Positions 11,615 through 23,535 of a DNA stretch of 64,000 nucleotides are shown here, piece by piece. This DNA is from Minutocellus sp. GHC0000111 (lineage: Eukaryota): contig OZ361259.1 of the NCBI GenBank assembly GCA_977018835.1, forward strand, positions 3,658,001 to 3,722,000, written 5' to 3'. Each line of letters begins with the position of its first letter. The first letter of the stretch is position 1. A program made the translations under genes and the position numbers. The notes under the pieces are model-generated. The model had not been told where the DNA came from and made no database searches. It worked only from the letters and a program-made list of their open reading frames with translations.

Positions 11615-11660
11615 GTGGGGCAGGAACGAACGAACCCCAACCAACCATATCTAATCTCAC

Positions 11661-12616
11661 TTACTTGCTGGCATCAGTGGAATAGAATAGTGAAGACGAT
11701 GTTGCCTCAGCGCCTGTATCGGTGCCTGTGGTTGCATCCACCAACGTCGCCCCGTGACCGCCAGATGGGGAAACCCCGTCAGAAAGCTCCAACAAAAGCA
11801 CGGACGGGCCCCCAGCCTTCTCAATATCGCATGCAAAGAGAGCAGCGGCACATGCATTCGTCAGTGGAAAGAATACGCTCCCTATGATTGGAGTAGCCTC
11901 CAGGAACGCGACAATGAATCCAAACCGAGCGTAAAGGTTGTCATCGTCGTACGTCGATCTGTGAAAGAGGGCTGCACAGTCAGATCTATCCTCGCCGAGC
12001 ACTTCAATACGCTGCAGCCTGCCTTTGAGTTTGATGGCATCGAAATATCGATCCATGTAGTCCCACCCGATGAACGTAGCATTTATTGCCGAATACAGCG
12101 CATCGCTGGAATCAGATTGAGCGGGAATGTTATGATCCTGACGATGTAATTCTTTTTCATCACATTGAAATCCTTGATCAAACTCTGCTTTTTCATTCTG
12201 CTCTCATCCCAGCAGCCTTCGAGTCTCATGGTTTCGGTAAATATTTCGGTCTGAGCCTTTGATTGAGAGACGGATACTGGAAGTGCTGCCAACACGGCAG
12301 CTTCGAGAAGGACGGCCAGAACAGCGAGAAGCCACGACCACCATTCCCCACCTCCAAAGGCCATGGCCTGTGGCTTCAGGGCAAAGACGAGGAGCAGTAT
12401 GAGACAGACGACGGCGGTGATAATGCCAACAACAGCCACACAGAACACTCGCTTCCACAAGGATGGATGCGTTGTAACATAGCGCAGGGATTTGAGAGGA
12501 TAGTGCGAAGGATCATGGCCGTAGCGATGCTTGTTGAGTGAAACGATTCGCGACGCATGGGTCAACTTCGATGCGGCTGTTCCAACAAGTTTGGTAGATG
12601 CGGCGAGACTGGGCAT
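11661..12616 (-). CDS. EI24/CysZ-like multi-pass membrane protein, frameshift or small deletion near 12100
   Basis: YPLKSLRY...HPSLW, TM helices, TFPLNLIPA, then in a shifted frame ALYSAINATFIGWDYMDRYF...YARFGF..FLEATPIIG..TNACAAALFA. Confidence 0.65.
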
Positions 12617-13140
12617 GATGATGGCAGATACAGCGATACGTGAGGTCCTCACGCGGTTCTGCTCGACTACTGTACAAGTCAGCCAAGACGAGGGTTGGGC
12701 GGCCAAAAATTATTAATTGTGATGTTGTGCGCAGATGCGATGTTGTGATGTTGTGATATGATGCTCATCAGCTACGTACGTACGTAACTCGCTCGTCTTG
12801 GCCGGGTATGATCGATGTGCCATCATTCAGAAATACTTGAAGCAAAAGTGTTTCAAAAATGACTTTGGAGGGAAAGCGGCGAAACTCGAAACATCATGCA
12901 TACATTGTGTGGTATGACCATCTGCCCTGATGATGGCCATGTTGCAACGTGGCCTGCTCTTGACTGATGAATTGTTAATTCCACACAAGTCAGCCGCAGA
13001 CGCATTGTAACGATAATAGCACACAAGTCAGACGCAGAAGCATTGTCACGCGGCTCCACCTGCTATTGCGATCAGGGAGCACGAAATACTTGCCTCAGCT
13101 ACAAGACAAGTACACAACAACAACAAGCCAACAACTCGTC

Positions 13141-14342
13141 ATGCTCAAGGCACTGAGAGAATCGCTGGTCAACGAAGAGCTGCCCACTGGTGCGAACGCG
13201 GCCGCAGATGACGGTTACGCCAAGCCAAAGTCACCGCCGTTGAATTTGGTTACAACCTCCCGGCGACATCTGTCTGAAGTTGTTCGGTGGTCGAAAGATG
13301 ATGACTTTGAGAGCGACATGAACAGCTCGAGGTCTGCATTGGATCTCGTCGCACAGGATGAAACAGAACGATTCAGGTGCGTTGAGGAAGAGAAACAACA
13401 TGACATCATTGTCACCCGTCTGCGATCGGACATTGACTACGATCAACTGGAGAAATCACTGGGCAAGGGTCCTCTGAGGTTTGCCCTTGGGCGGAACGAG
13501 CGTCCCATCAGCGAGCAAATTGACAGCCTTCCACCCTCCCAGCGGGCGTGCTTTGACCGGCTAAAAAATGAGGGAGAGACGATGGATTCTCTCCTTTGCG
13601 ACGACTCACATTCAAGGAATGACGGGCTCCATCTGCTCCTCGCTAGATGCTCTGGATTCAAGTATGAGAAGGCATCCATGGTGATGAAGAACTGGCAGGC
13701 GGGATCAGCGTACTACCTCCTCCGTTGTGCCGAGCTGAAGGAGCAGCTCCAGAGACAGGTGCTCTTCATCCCCTCGCCGGAATTAAAGACTCGATCCGGC
13801 CTCAGCGTTTTTTTACATGAGGCCTTCTCGGTACTTTCCAAAGGTAACACCAACACCGGTAGTGATCAACAACTTGGCCTACATATTGCAAGTGATGCTT
13901 GAGAAGGAGGATTGCAGCACCCGCGGCGTCGCATTTGTAGCCAACATGAAGGGCTGGACGAGGCATAACTTCTCGTTGGATTATTGTAGAGACTTTATGA
14001 ACATGCTTGAAGGAAATGTCGTGCCGGCCAAGGTGGAACTCTTCCTGATTGTAGATCCACCTGTTTGGTTATTACATTATTCTCAACATGCTCTCGGAGG
14101 AATTCGCCCAGAAGGTCAAATTAGTTTCGTCACATGATCTCGGCGAATATCTCGCAGATGGGTATCATGATTTTTTGCCAGACGACTTCGAAGGAGGTAA
14201 GTGCGCGACTAAAACTGCCATAGACGACTTCATTCGGTACAGAACGGCAGTGGAAGGCGACGCTGTTTCCTTTGTCAAGTCTCTCTTCGAAAAAGTGGTC
14301 TCGAGATTGGATAACGCACCACTGGCCACAGAGAATAATTGA
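13141..14342 (+). CDS. CRAL-TRIO (Sec14-like) lipid-binding protein, frameshifts near 13810 and 14070
   Basis: Three consecutive ORFs: LARCSGFKYEKA, FYMRPSRYFP, GVAFVANMKGW, FLIVDPPVW, MLSEEFAQKV, LPDDFEGG. Confidence 0.8.
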
Positions 14343-14432
14343 TCCAAGTAACATAGACAGCGGCCTATTCTACTATCTAGTAGTAGTATTTGGTGCCATT
14401 CTCTTTACTACCGGTAGTAAAACCCCTGTCAT

Positions 14433-15794
14433 TTATTTTATAGTTTGAGTCCTCACTACTCCTCCATGCTTTTGTGTGATGAAATTGATGGCCATCCCTT
14501 TAATCCTATAAGGTTTGGGCGGCACCCATTCATCCAAAAGGTCGCCATATATTGCGGAGCGTTCCTTCTTGGCCCAGTCAGCCCACATGGACAATATTTC
14601 GTGATGTAATTTGTACTGATGAGAGAAACTTGCGTGGGCAACTACCAAGGGCATGTAAATTCCTTCTCGTTTGTTCTTTCGAACGGCATCACGAGTTATG
14701 GCGCCTTCATCATAATACTTCTCTTCGCTTCTCAATTTTTCTTGAATCAATTCCCAGGATTCTGCCATGGATATCCCGCGCAATGCAATGAAATTAATGT
14801 TGTATGAAGTCTCGTATGGAATGAATTGTGGTTCAGTGATATAAAATCTTTGGCGATTCTCTTCCGATGCCAAGAAATACTCATGAAGATGGAGTGCCAT
14901 TGTGCCATTCACTTGCAGGGCACCCATCCCATTTGGCGGCCACTCGAAGACTTCTACCGAAGTTGGTATTGCTCCAAGTCTTTGCTGATGATAGGCACAG
15001 AGGCCTTGGTTGATCACAGAAGCGGAAAGGAGAAAGATGTCCGTTCGATTCCACAGGAATTGGGCGTATGGGCTAACCATCGTAGAGTTGACATAAACGA
15101 TATCATCATCTGCCTTGATGATGACACCATGCCATGGGTTGATTGTGGCATAGTAGCGATAGTATTCGGAATATCCTCTTTTATTGGGATTCCTCAAAAG
15201 AGCTCTGCCGTCTTCATATTCTTCCAAGACATTTTCTGTTGAATTGAGTGCATGATTGCGATCATACCAATATGTCTCTGGCATCGGTATGTCACTCGGT
15301 TCTTTTATTGAAACAAAGGAGTACTTCGACTCTAGCTGTCTAAGATATTGCCGGTACTTGACATTTTCAGGATTGTCGTCTCTGCGTATGTAATTCCACA
15401 AATGTATCTCATCAATTGCCCCCAAGGCATACATTTCCTTCCAATAGGGCTCTTGCAGCAGGAGTCGATTCTTCCTCCCCGCAAAGACTGTGTAGAGCAC
15501 GCGTGGTCGATGATCTGCTGCGTCTACTGGAGGATCGTCATTAAAATTTGTTAACAACACATATTGAACTGCATCATGAAGGTAATTCGGGTCCATTGTG
15601 CAGTAGAAGAGGAAGAGGATGATCAGAGAGGCAATGATACTCAGCGAAATTAGTAGCTGAAGCTGGAGAGAGAAGGAGGAACATCGTCGCCGACTGGTGG
15701 CAATCTCGCCCCTCCTTCGTCCTATCGCTAGCCTTGTCATAACAACAATAATGAGTCGTGACGTGCATTCATATTCGGTGGTGGCTTTTGCCAA
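14433..15794 (-). CDS. Type II membrane glycosyltransferase-like protein (GT-A, DDD motif)
   Basis: N-terminal TM helix, VFAGRKNR, IDEIHLWN, IIKADDDIVYV, SASVINQ, NINFIA and AHASF. Confidence 0.6.
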   Translation of the reverse strand: MAKATTEYECTSRLIIVVMTRLAIGRRRGEIATSRRRCSSFSLQLQLLISLSIIASLIILFLFYCTMDPNYLHDAVQYVLLTNFNDDPPVDAADHRPRVLYTVFAGRKNRLLLQEPYWKEMYALGAIDEIHLWNYIRRDDNPENVKYRQYLRQLESKYSFVSIKEPSDIPMPETYWYDRNHALNSTENVLEEYEDGRALLRNPNKRGYSEYYRYYATINPWHGVIIKADDDIVYVNSTMVSPYAQFLWNRTDIFLLSASVINQGLCAYHQQRLGAIPTSVEVFEWPPNGMGALQVNGTMALHLHEYFLASEENRQRFYITEPQFIPYETSYNINFIALRGISMAESWELIQEKLRSEEKYYDEGAITRDAVRKNKREGIYMPLVVAHASFSHQYKLHHEILSMWADWAKKERSAIYGDLLDEWVPPKPYRIKGMAINFITQKHGGVVRTQTIK

Positions 15795-15959
15795 ACTACG
15801 TAAGAAGGCGGAGGTAAGGAGGAAGAAGAAGTTGCAAAGTAAAGGAGGGCGCGCGGCACGCCGGGGGACCGCCGAGCGAGCGATCGCGAGGGGGCATAAA
15901 TATTGGTCCAGTCTGACCGTCGTCTATCTGCCCGAGCGCTTTTTGAACGCAACCTCGAT

Positions 15960-16209
15960 CATTTTCGATTTCGTTGCGTTGCGAGCAGAGGGTATCTTTT
16001 CGTGTTCTTTCCTGCGTGTTCTTTCCTCAATGGTTCCTGCGTAGACCAACAATTCTCCGCCAATCAGTTGGATATGGACCTCGCTCATTTTCGTTGCGAG
16101 CAGAAGCGTATCTTTTCGTGTTCTTTCCTTCGTGTTCTTTCCTGCGTGTTCTTTCCTCAAGGCTTCCTACGCAGACCAACAATTCTCTGCCACTCAAATC
16201 GATATGGAC
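15960..16209. repeat. Imperfect tandem duplication (about 127-130 bp) with internal 14-bp CGTGTTCTTTCCT(G/T) subrepeats
   Basis: Two units, 15960-16079 and 16087-16209, each end AGACCAACAATTCTC.GCCA.TCA.....GATATGGAC. Confidence 0.85.
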
Positions 16210-17844
16210 GCCATACCGCAGAAGTTGAAGCCGTTAGTGCGGCGGCTTGAATCCCTCGACGATGTGTCCCGCGATCAGCTTATATCCATCATCTTCGTTG
16301 TTCGGCTGGCCGACGAATTGCACCGCTCGTTTTATGGCTCATTCTTAACGTTGTCCCTCGTTCGGCAGTTGACCACGGAGCTTGACATTCCAGATTTAAC
16401 TCTCGAGGTTGATGTGTTTGCCCTTCGCTGGGACTGGGCTCAGGGTACGATCAGTACCTGCCACCGGATTGCCTTTGATTACGATATGGCGGACGTCCAA
16501 GAGCTGTCAAAGATTGGATGGGCTGTGCTGGACAAGACATTGTCAGTTCATGACGGTTTAAGGGCTATTCGGGACGTCGGCAGTCGAGGTCCCGTTCGGC
16601 GTGCGGAGAAGTGTTACCGGGAATTTCCCGGAAGGGTTTTCATCATTCCACTCATGGCGTCAACTTGCGCTACAGTGTACTTCCAGGGCACCTGGATCGA
16701 CTTTGGCTTTGTAGCAGCTTGCGGTGCGGCGTCTGGTCTCGTGGCTTGGGTCGCCACGATGCATGAACAGCTAGCGGGCGTAAGTGACTACTTGGCAGCA
16801 ATTATCACGGCAATGATATCTGTTGCAGCGGTCACCACCTTTCCCGATTCTGCCTGCTTTTCTTCGCAAGTATTGGGCACGATGTATTGGTTTCTCTACG
16901 GGACGGCATTTGTTATCTCCATATTTGAGATTACCAACAACCAGCTCATTACCGGAACAACAAGATTCATTCAAGCAACCCTGCGATCTTATGGTCTCGC
17001 TTTTGGGAGTCTGATCGGGGTGTGGATTGCAGCATACGGTGGAGATGGCCGGTGGGAAGCTGTCGAAGAGCCCTGCAGCATGAAAGAAGGCCAGATAAGC
17101 AACAACCTATGGTTGCTGTTGCTCTTTCCTCTCTCTGCAATCGCTTGTCTACTTCAATTCAGAGTCAAGCTTGTTCACTTTCCACTCTGTTTCGTCGTCC
17201 AGTGTGTCGCCTATGGCTTTCAGTATCTGTTAGGCACGGTGTGGAAGCAGCCCGAGTTCCTCTCAAATCTTATCCCTGCATTTCTGGCAACTATAACGAG
17301 TGCACTTTGCATCAGCATATCGCACAGACTGAAGATCTACAACTTGGAGGTAAAACGAGAGGCTTATCTGCTCGAAAAGAAAAAAAATGATGATGAAATT
17401 GCAAATTCGAGCCGAGCAAGTGAAGAAGGAGTCGTCGAAAAAGCAGTGTCATCTGGAATTGGGGGACAATCTGCTCGGTCGGCGCATCATGATTCCAATA
17501 CCATTGCCTTTATTTCGGACAGAGAATTATATACAAAGAATGATGCCAGCGAACGGCTGCAGTATGCCTCGAGCGATCTCTGGTTCTGCCTCTTACCTGC
17601 ACTTTATCTCCTTGTTCCGGGATCAAAATTATTACAAACTGCATTTGAAGGTTTGGTCTCAGCCTTGGAGAGTGGAGGTGAAGATGGGATTGGAGGAGTC
17701 AGCCAAATTGATTGTCTGGCTGCTTCTCTACTCATTGTTGCACTCGGGCAAGTAGTGGGGCTACGTTTGGGCTTCACGTTCTTATGGCTGTGCTCAGCTT
17801 CTTGGTCCAAGCTTAGATCTACACGTATCGATGCGATGAGGTGA
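16204..17844 (+). CDS. ThrE-family (threonine/serine exporter) membrane protein
   Basis: About 10 TM helices; YFQGTWIDF, LYGTAFVISIFEI..NQLITGTTR and LPALYLLVPGS. Confidence 0.75.
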   Translation: MDAIPQKLKPLVRRLESLDDVSRDQLISIIFVVRLADELHRSFYGSFLTLSLVRQLTTELDIPDLTLEVDVFALRWDWAQGTISTCHRIAFDYDMADVQELSKIGWAVLDKTLSVHDGLRAIRDVGSRGPVRRAEKCYREFPGRVFIIPLMASTCATVYFQGTWIDFGFVAACGAASGLVAWVATMHEQLAGVSDYLAAIITAMISVAAVTTFPDSACFSSQVLGTMYWFLYGTAFVISIFEITNNQLITGTTRFIQATLRSYGLAFGSLIGVWIAAYGGDGRWEAVEEPCSMKEGQISNNLWLLLLFPLSAIACLLQFRVKLVHFPLCFVVQCVAYGFQYLLGTVWKQPEFLSNLIPAFLATITSALCISISHRLKIYNLEVKREAYLLEKKKNDDEIANSSRASEEGVVEKAVSSGIGGQSARSAHHDSNTIAFISDRELYTKNDASERLQYASSDLWFCLLPALYLLVPGSKLLQTAFEGLVSALESGGEDGIGGVSQIDCLAASLLIVALGQVVGLRLGFTFLWLCSASWSKLRSTRIDAMR

Positions 17845-18309
17845 AAGTTTCGATACGTACGTACGATGCAAGTAGCTACGTAGGAGTCCTACGTAGGTAC
17901 ATGTACTACATGCTCCTACGTAGGTTCCTAATAAGGCTTTTTGCGGCGCTTTTATTTAAAATCGCTTGTTACAGGAGATATTTTATCGTGTGCGTGTAGG
18001 GTCTGAGCGCCCTCAAAACGTGCCTGCGTGCCTGCAGATGCCGCCACAGCCATGACCACTGCCATGACCACGAAGTAATGACCCATCGCAAGAATTGCAA
18101 GACTGACGATTGATTCTTATTTCGCACCATTGTTGTTACTACTACGGCGTGGTTCTTATCAGTTTATTTGCTGGCAGCCAGCTACCGTTCGTGCGTATCG
18201 TGCTGTGTTGAATGACCCTTCAAAAAAGACCGACGTCCGGAAGTCAAGTCAAGCTGCTAGTCCAGCGCCATACACTTATCACAATTACGTACAAAGATTC
18301 ACAGTCACC

Positions 18310-21300
18310 ATGAATACCCATCGACTGTCAGCACTGCTGCTGGTGGTGGTCCTGATCACCTCTCTCGTCTCCAACGTCAGATGTGCCTACAATCATGGAG
18401 ACGAGACGAACTACCTCGCAAACTTCGATGAGATGATCACCTCTTCGTACGCCGCCATCGACGATGGCGGCCTGGCCCCCAGGGATTAATTTCACAGTGC
18501 AAGGACCCCCAAATTTTGGATTTTTCATTTGCTGTCGAAACCATCGTCCAACCCGATGACCCCTCGACTGGAATAGTTTCGGCCTCATCAGTTCAAGATC
18601 AGTGCGGTAAGACCTCTGCTGCTGACGGCAATCCAAACATATGCGTCGTACCATCAGGAGTCCAGCTTCTCATGACTTCAAGTCTTGTCGTCGACGCCCT
18701 TGTAGTACAAGGGCAGTTGTTCTGGCGTGATGTTGACCAGATCCAAGTTGGAGACCAGTGGCTTTGTGCTGGTTTCGTCGCTGTTGAGTCCGAGGGTCAA
18801 CTCATCATGAAGGTACAAGATGCTGCCAAAACGTCTTGGATTTACATTATGGATAATGGAGCCATTCACCCCATCGGTGGTGGTCGTTACTTTGGTGGGG
18901 TAGCATCGCATGATGATACGACGAGCAACGGTCCTGTAGTCAAAATTAAGGGCCGTACTCTTGGCAGAACGTGGTCGCTACTTTCAGCGCCTTTCGCTAC
19001 CGGCCAGAGCGCACTCAAGCTGTTGCACTCCCCTCTCCGGATGGGATGGCAGGTTGGAGATCGGGTTGGTATTTCAAGTACTACTCCCTCGTCTGCTAGA
19101 ACAGGACAAACTTTCACAATTACCGCTCTGGACGATAGTGGGGAGATAACATTGGATGGGACTGGCAATCAAGACCACAGAGCCGACTTTTACCCTCCAA
19201 CAAAACTGTGTGAGATCGATTCCAGTGATCCATACGCAGCAGCTCTCTTATCTGCCGAGGTTGTCAATTTAAGTCGTAATAAAATTATTACTGGTGACGA
19301 CTATCGGCACGTCCCATGCGATGCTGGCCTTCCCGAAGCTGTGGTTGGAGAGCAAACTTCCACGCAGGGCTGCCGATGCGCTTCTTTTCGTACCCAATGC
19401 ACCGTCGGCCTTCACACAGCTCAGATGCATGCTGGCTCTATGTCCATTCAATCGGCCCGGGTTGAAAAATGTGGTCAGCGTGGAATCGAGGTGAGAATGT
19501 ACTGAAGATTGCCTTGAAAATGGATTCGCAAGAAAAGAGCTTACTGGACACCCTCTCTCGTGTATGTTTACAATCTCGCCGTCTGTTCTTATGTCACTCC
19601 AACACCTTTTCCTTCTCAGGGAAAATATTGCCTTCATTTCCACAAGCTCCGCTCTTGTCCGGATTGTCAATTCGCTGATAACGCAATCGAGCAGTCTCAC
19701 CAGCGAGGCATCATCGTCCATGGGACTCATCTCTCGACTGTCCGCAATAATGTCCTGTGGGACGTGAGGGGCGCAGGCATCTACATTGAAGATGGCAATG
19801 AAATGTTCAACCAGATCAAATATAACATTATTGTCTGCCCTTGGCCATTTATGGACCAAACTATGCATGGTGAGTGAGGCTATGCGGGATCTCTTTCAGA
19901 GGCTTGGACTGGATCATCCCTCCTCTTCTCGCTACATATTGCTCGATCTCACAGATATTCCGCCATGATCGTTCTTCATCCTTACTGCTTGTACATTTCC
20001 ACAGGCTGCACCATTCCTGGTTCAAGCAACTCACGAGCAGATACAGCAACCAATCAAGCCGGTATTTACACAGAAACCGCTGCCAATTATCTCATCGGAA
20101 ATCGCGTCGCCAACTCCTTCAATTCAATGTTCCTCCAAGCGAATGGGCAAGGCCGTGGAGATGTGTATGGAAAGGTTTGCACCAATCACCTCGTATTCGG
20201 TCGATGGGAAGGCAATACTTTCCATGGGGCTCTTCGATTTGGCACCTATACCCTTGGTGGTAGCGAACCACGCAATACAGACCAATCTATTGGAACAAAT
20301 GGGTACAATACCGATCGAGAGGCGACTTGTTCCGCCATCGATGCCGCTGGAAGTGATCGGGGTGCACCCGTCTCCATTCTCAATAATGTCGATTACGGAA
20401 ATGTCTTTGTTGGACACTACACTGCGGGAGACATCCAACATCGTCATCACAAATCTATTTCGAACAACAATTTGATTTACTGGAAGGAAACGAAAATCTT
20501 TGCCGATGGATGCGCTGCTCACATCTCTGATGCTCTGTACGAGGCAGGAACAATGGCCCTGCCTGATCAATCAACGTTTATTATTCAGGACACAATTTTT
20601 GAGGACAATGTGCAACTTGAGGCCAATCACCACTGTAATGTGGGTACTACTGGTTTCCTATGCATGCCACAATATATCCTCCATAATGTTCGTTGGAAAG
20701 GTTCGGGCAATGGACGCTGGACTTGGCTTCAGCGTGGAGGAACGGGTGGAGGGGGAATATTTTCTCTTTCGCCGCCAGACGCTGAGGCGATCATGACGGC
20801 TACGTCTGGAGAACTAAATGACATGCAGGACCTACTTTTCCCGCCAGGATATGTCGCAGTTGCAAGTGGTCATTTCTCATCTTTGTTGCTAGCTGGTCCT
20901 TGTGTTGCATCGAATTCTCTCGGATCTATAGAAGCTGGTCGTTACGATAATGGTGTTTTGTGCTCAGTTCCCTTGCGAGCAATGAAGATTTACACCAGAG
21001 GCCTACACATCGACACTGCGCCAATGCTCAGAGTCGAGGCCTGGTATGATGGTCAAGGTCTTTCTTCCCAATCCATCAAATCTCCTGATGCTGTAGAGAC
21101 CATTACACTCCATGCGACTGGAGGATCTAAAGGAGGTCTCAAGCAGGGTTATACTTTCCCAGTAGTGCTAATGTCGTTGGCAAGTTATCGTCTATCTGTC
21201 GTCGCTTTGGACGGCACTGTCACCAACATTCCGTCCGACTGGTTGATTGAATTTTCTGATCCTGTCCTGGGCAATCGCTGGGCCCTTGAATTCGTTCAGA

Positions 21301-23388
21301 TGACCATTCAAGCCGAGATTGCGGAAATGGCATCATCAGCAGCCAGCACGACCGTCGTTATATCAGTGGGCTCTCTGTAGATGATTCAGCATGGGGATCC
21401 CATGGTGCCTGCGTAGGACCCGATCAACCTCCTGACATCTTGTCGATTGATTGTTCTACCATCGTTGGAGGGAAAGGTGAGTCTACCAGTATGACATGAT
21501 GTTGTGGTCATAGGATTGAAATGTGGTTCTGAGAATGCTTCTTCCGCAGATCTCATAGTCTTTTCCTTTATCAACGATCTTTTTCCGATTCAAATCGATC
21601 GAAGCTGGAGCTATTGCTGCAACAGAGTGCGCCGATCTATGTGATTCTCCTTGCCCTCCTAATTCTTTTTGTCACTGTGGCACGGCGAAATGCGAATGTA
21701 AGGCCGGTTTCACAGGATCTGATTGCTCTATTGATATCTGTGCGGCCGCGAGATGTGGAGAGCACGGCACTTGCGCCGCGCTTTACCTTGGAGATTCATC
21801 GGCATTGCCCGTGACGAGCTCTGAAAATGCTTGCATTTGTGATGAGGGATGGCACGGTCCGCTATGCGATAATCCTGACCCTTGCTTCTTGTCCCAACGG
21901 ACCTGCAACAACAATGGCGAATGCGCTTCCGATGGCTTTATTGATTACTGTTTTTGCGATCCCGGCTATTCCGGGGAGAACTGCGAGCAGAGCTGCGACG
22001 GTTTGTGCGGCGGTGGCGGTGGAACTTGGCCATACAGTTGCGCTGGATATGCCGTTGGCTCTGCTGTAAAATACAAATGCGGACCAACGGGCGGATGCCA
22101 ATATCTTGAGCCTGGACAAGAGGGAACAGCCTCATGGTGCACCTACATGGACTTATCTAATGAAGAACAAAGCACCTGCACATGCGGCGCGGCAAACAAT
22201 GATTGCATTGTCGTTCAAAAGTGTGACCCCGATGGCACGTGTCCAAATAATGAGGTACAAGTGGCCGATGGAACTCCTTGCAATAGCAAACCTCACGGGT
22301 TCTGCGAGGGAGGGATTTGTATCGAGCCTCCTTCTCCGGCTCCTTCCAGTGAGCCGAGCAGACTACCGAGCTTTTCTACTCCTAGCCCCACTGATGACCC
22401 AACCCTTGCTCTCATTCCCATTTTTCCGGTAAGAGCTGAAGCCTCATCTCATCAGACAGCTACGAACACTGCCGACAAGGCTATTGATTCTGATTTGACA
22501 ACAAGATGGGAAAGTGAATTCAGCGATCCTCAATGGATTTCATTTTACTTGGGCGAAATCACCTACGAGCTGAGTAGTATTGAGATTGTCTGGGAGCCAG
22601 CTTATGCAAAAGAATACCAAATTCAAGTCTCTGAAGATGGAAGCAACTGGTCTACCGCTTTCTCGGAAACTAATGGTGCCGGCGGTATTGAGATTATAAA
22701 GATTTCTGGGTCTCCTCGGTGTCGATATATTCGGTTACTTGGTTTGAGTAGAGCTACTGTGTGGGGCTACTCCATATGGGAGATCGGGTTTTTCGGCCGT
22801 CCATTGACGGAGGCTCCGACGGCAGCCCCGGTACTACCCCCTTCGCCAGAGAGCTGCGAAGGAAAGTGCGCTGGGACCGGGCCGTCTTTCGGTTGTGCAT
22901 GGTGGCAGATGAGCGATTCTCACACCAAGTCTGCATGCGACCCCAACGGCGGAGGGGGATGCCAATACCTATCAGAGGGGCAGACCACAAGCTGGTGCAT
23001 CTATCAAAGATTCGATGCTCCTCCTCCACCACCTCCTACAACCGATAGTCCATCAAGGGTACCTACAAGCCCCTCGCCGACAAAAGCTCCTGTAAGTCTA
23101 CCACCGACCGAGGCGCCGTCTACTGCAAGACCGACTAATGCACCAATTTGTCCAGCACCGACAAAGACTCCGACGGCGGCTCCGACGGCGGCTCCGGTAC
23201 TACCCCCTTCGCCAGAGAGCTGCGAAGGAAAGTGCGCTGGGACCGGGCCGTCTTTCGGTTGTGCATGGTGGCAGATGAGCGATTCTCACACCAAGTCTGC
23301 ATGCGACCCCAACGGCGGAGGGGGATGCCAATACCTATCAGAGGGGCAGACCACAAGCTGGTGCATCTACCAGACATTTGGTCAATAG
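18310..23388 (+). CDS. Secreted G8-domain / parallel beta-helix protein with EGF-like, F5/8-type C (CBM32) and three 6-Cys repeats; introns 19491-19619, 19870-20004, 21477-about 21604; frameshifts near 18478 and 21312
   Basis: Signal peptide; G8-like LVVQGQL..GRTWSLL; spliced GQRGIE|GKYCLHFH; RGIIVHGTH; IYIEDGNE; EGF CxCxxGxxGxxC; AIDSDLTTRWES..PQWI...YSIWEI. Confidence 0.85.
22828..23369. repeat. 176-bp identical intragenic direct repeat (22828-23003 and 23194-23369)
   Basis: Both copies encode PVLPPSPESCEGKCAGTGPSFGCAWW...WCIY. Confidence 0.95.
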
Positions 23389-23535
23389 ATATCACGAAAT
23401 ATTACTGCGCAGCTACTAGCTAGTAGTAGCTAGAGTAGGTGGCGATACAGGTAGTACATCTTAAAATGTTTGAGAATGCAACAACCTGCTACGGACCCAC
23501 GACGTAAATTACATGTAGGTTCACAAAATAAATTT

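Noticed and set aside
15960..16209. CRISPR-like array from the short repeats (also 48859-48936)
   Set aside because: Eukaryotic context, no unique spacers of constant length and no cas genes.
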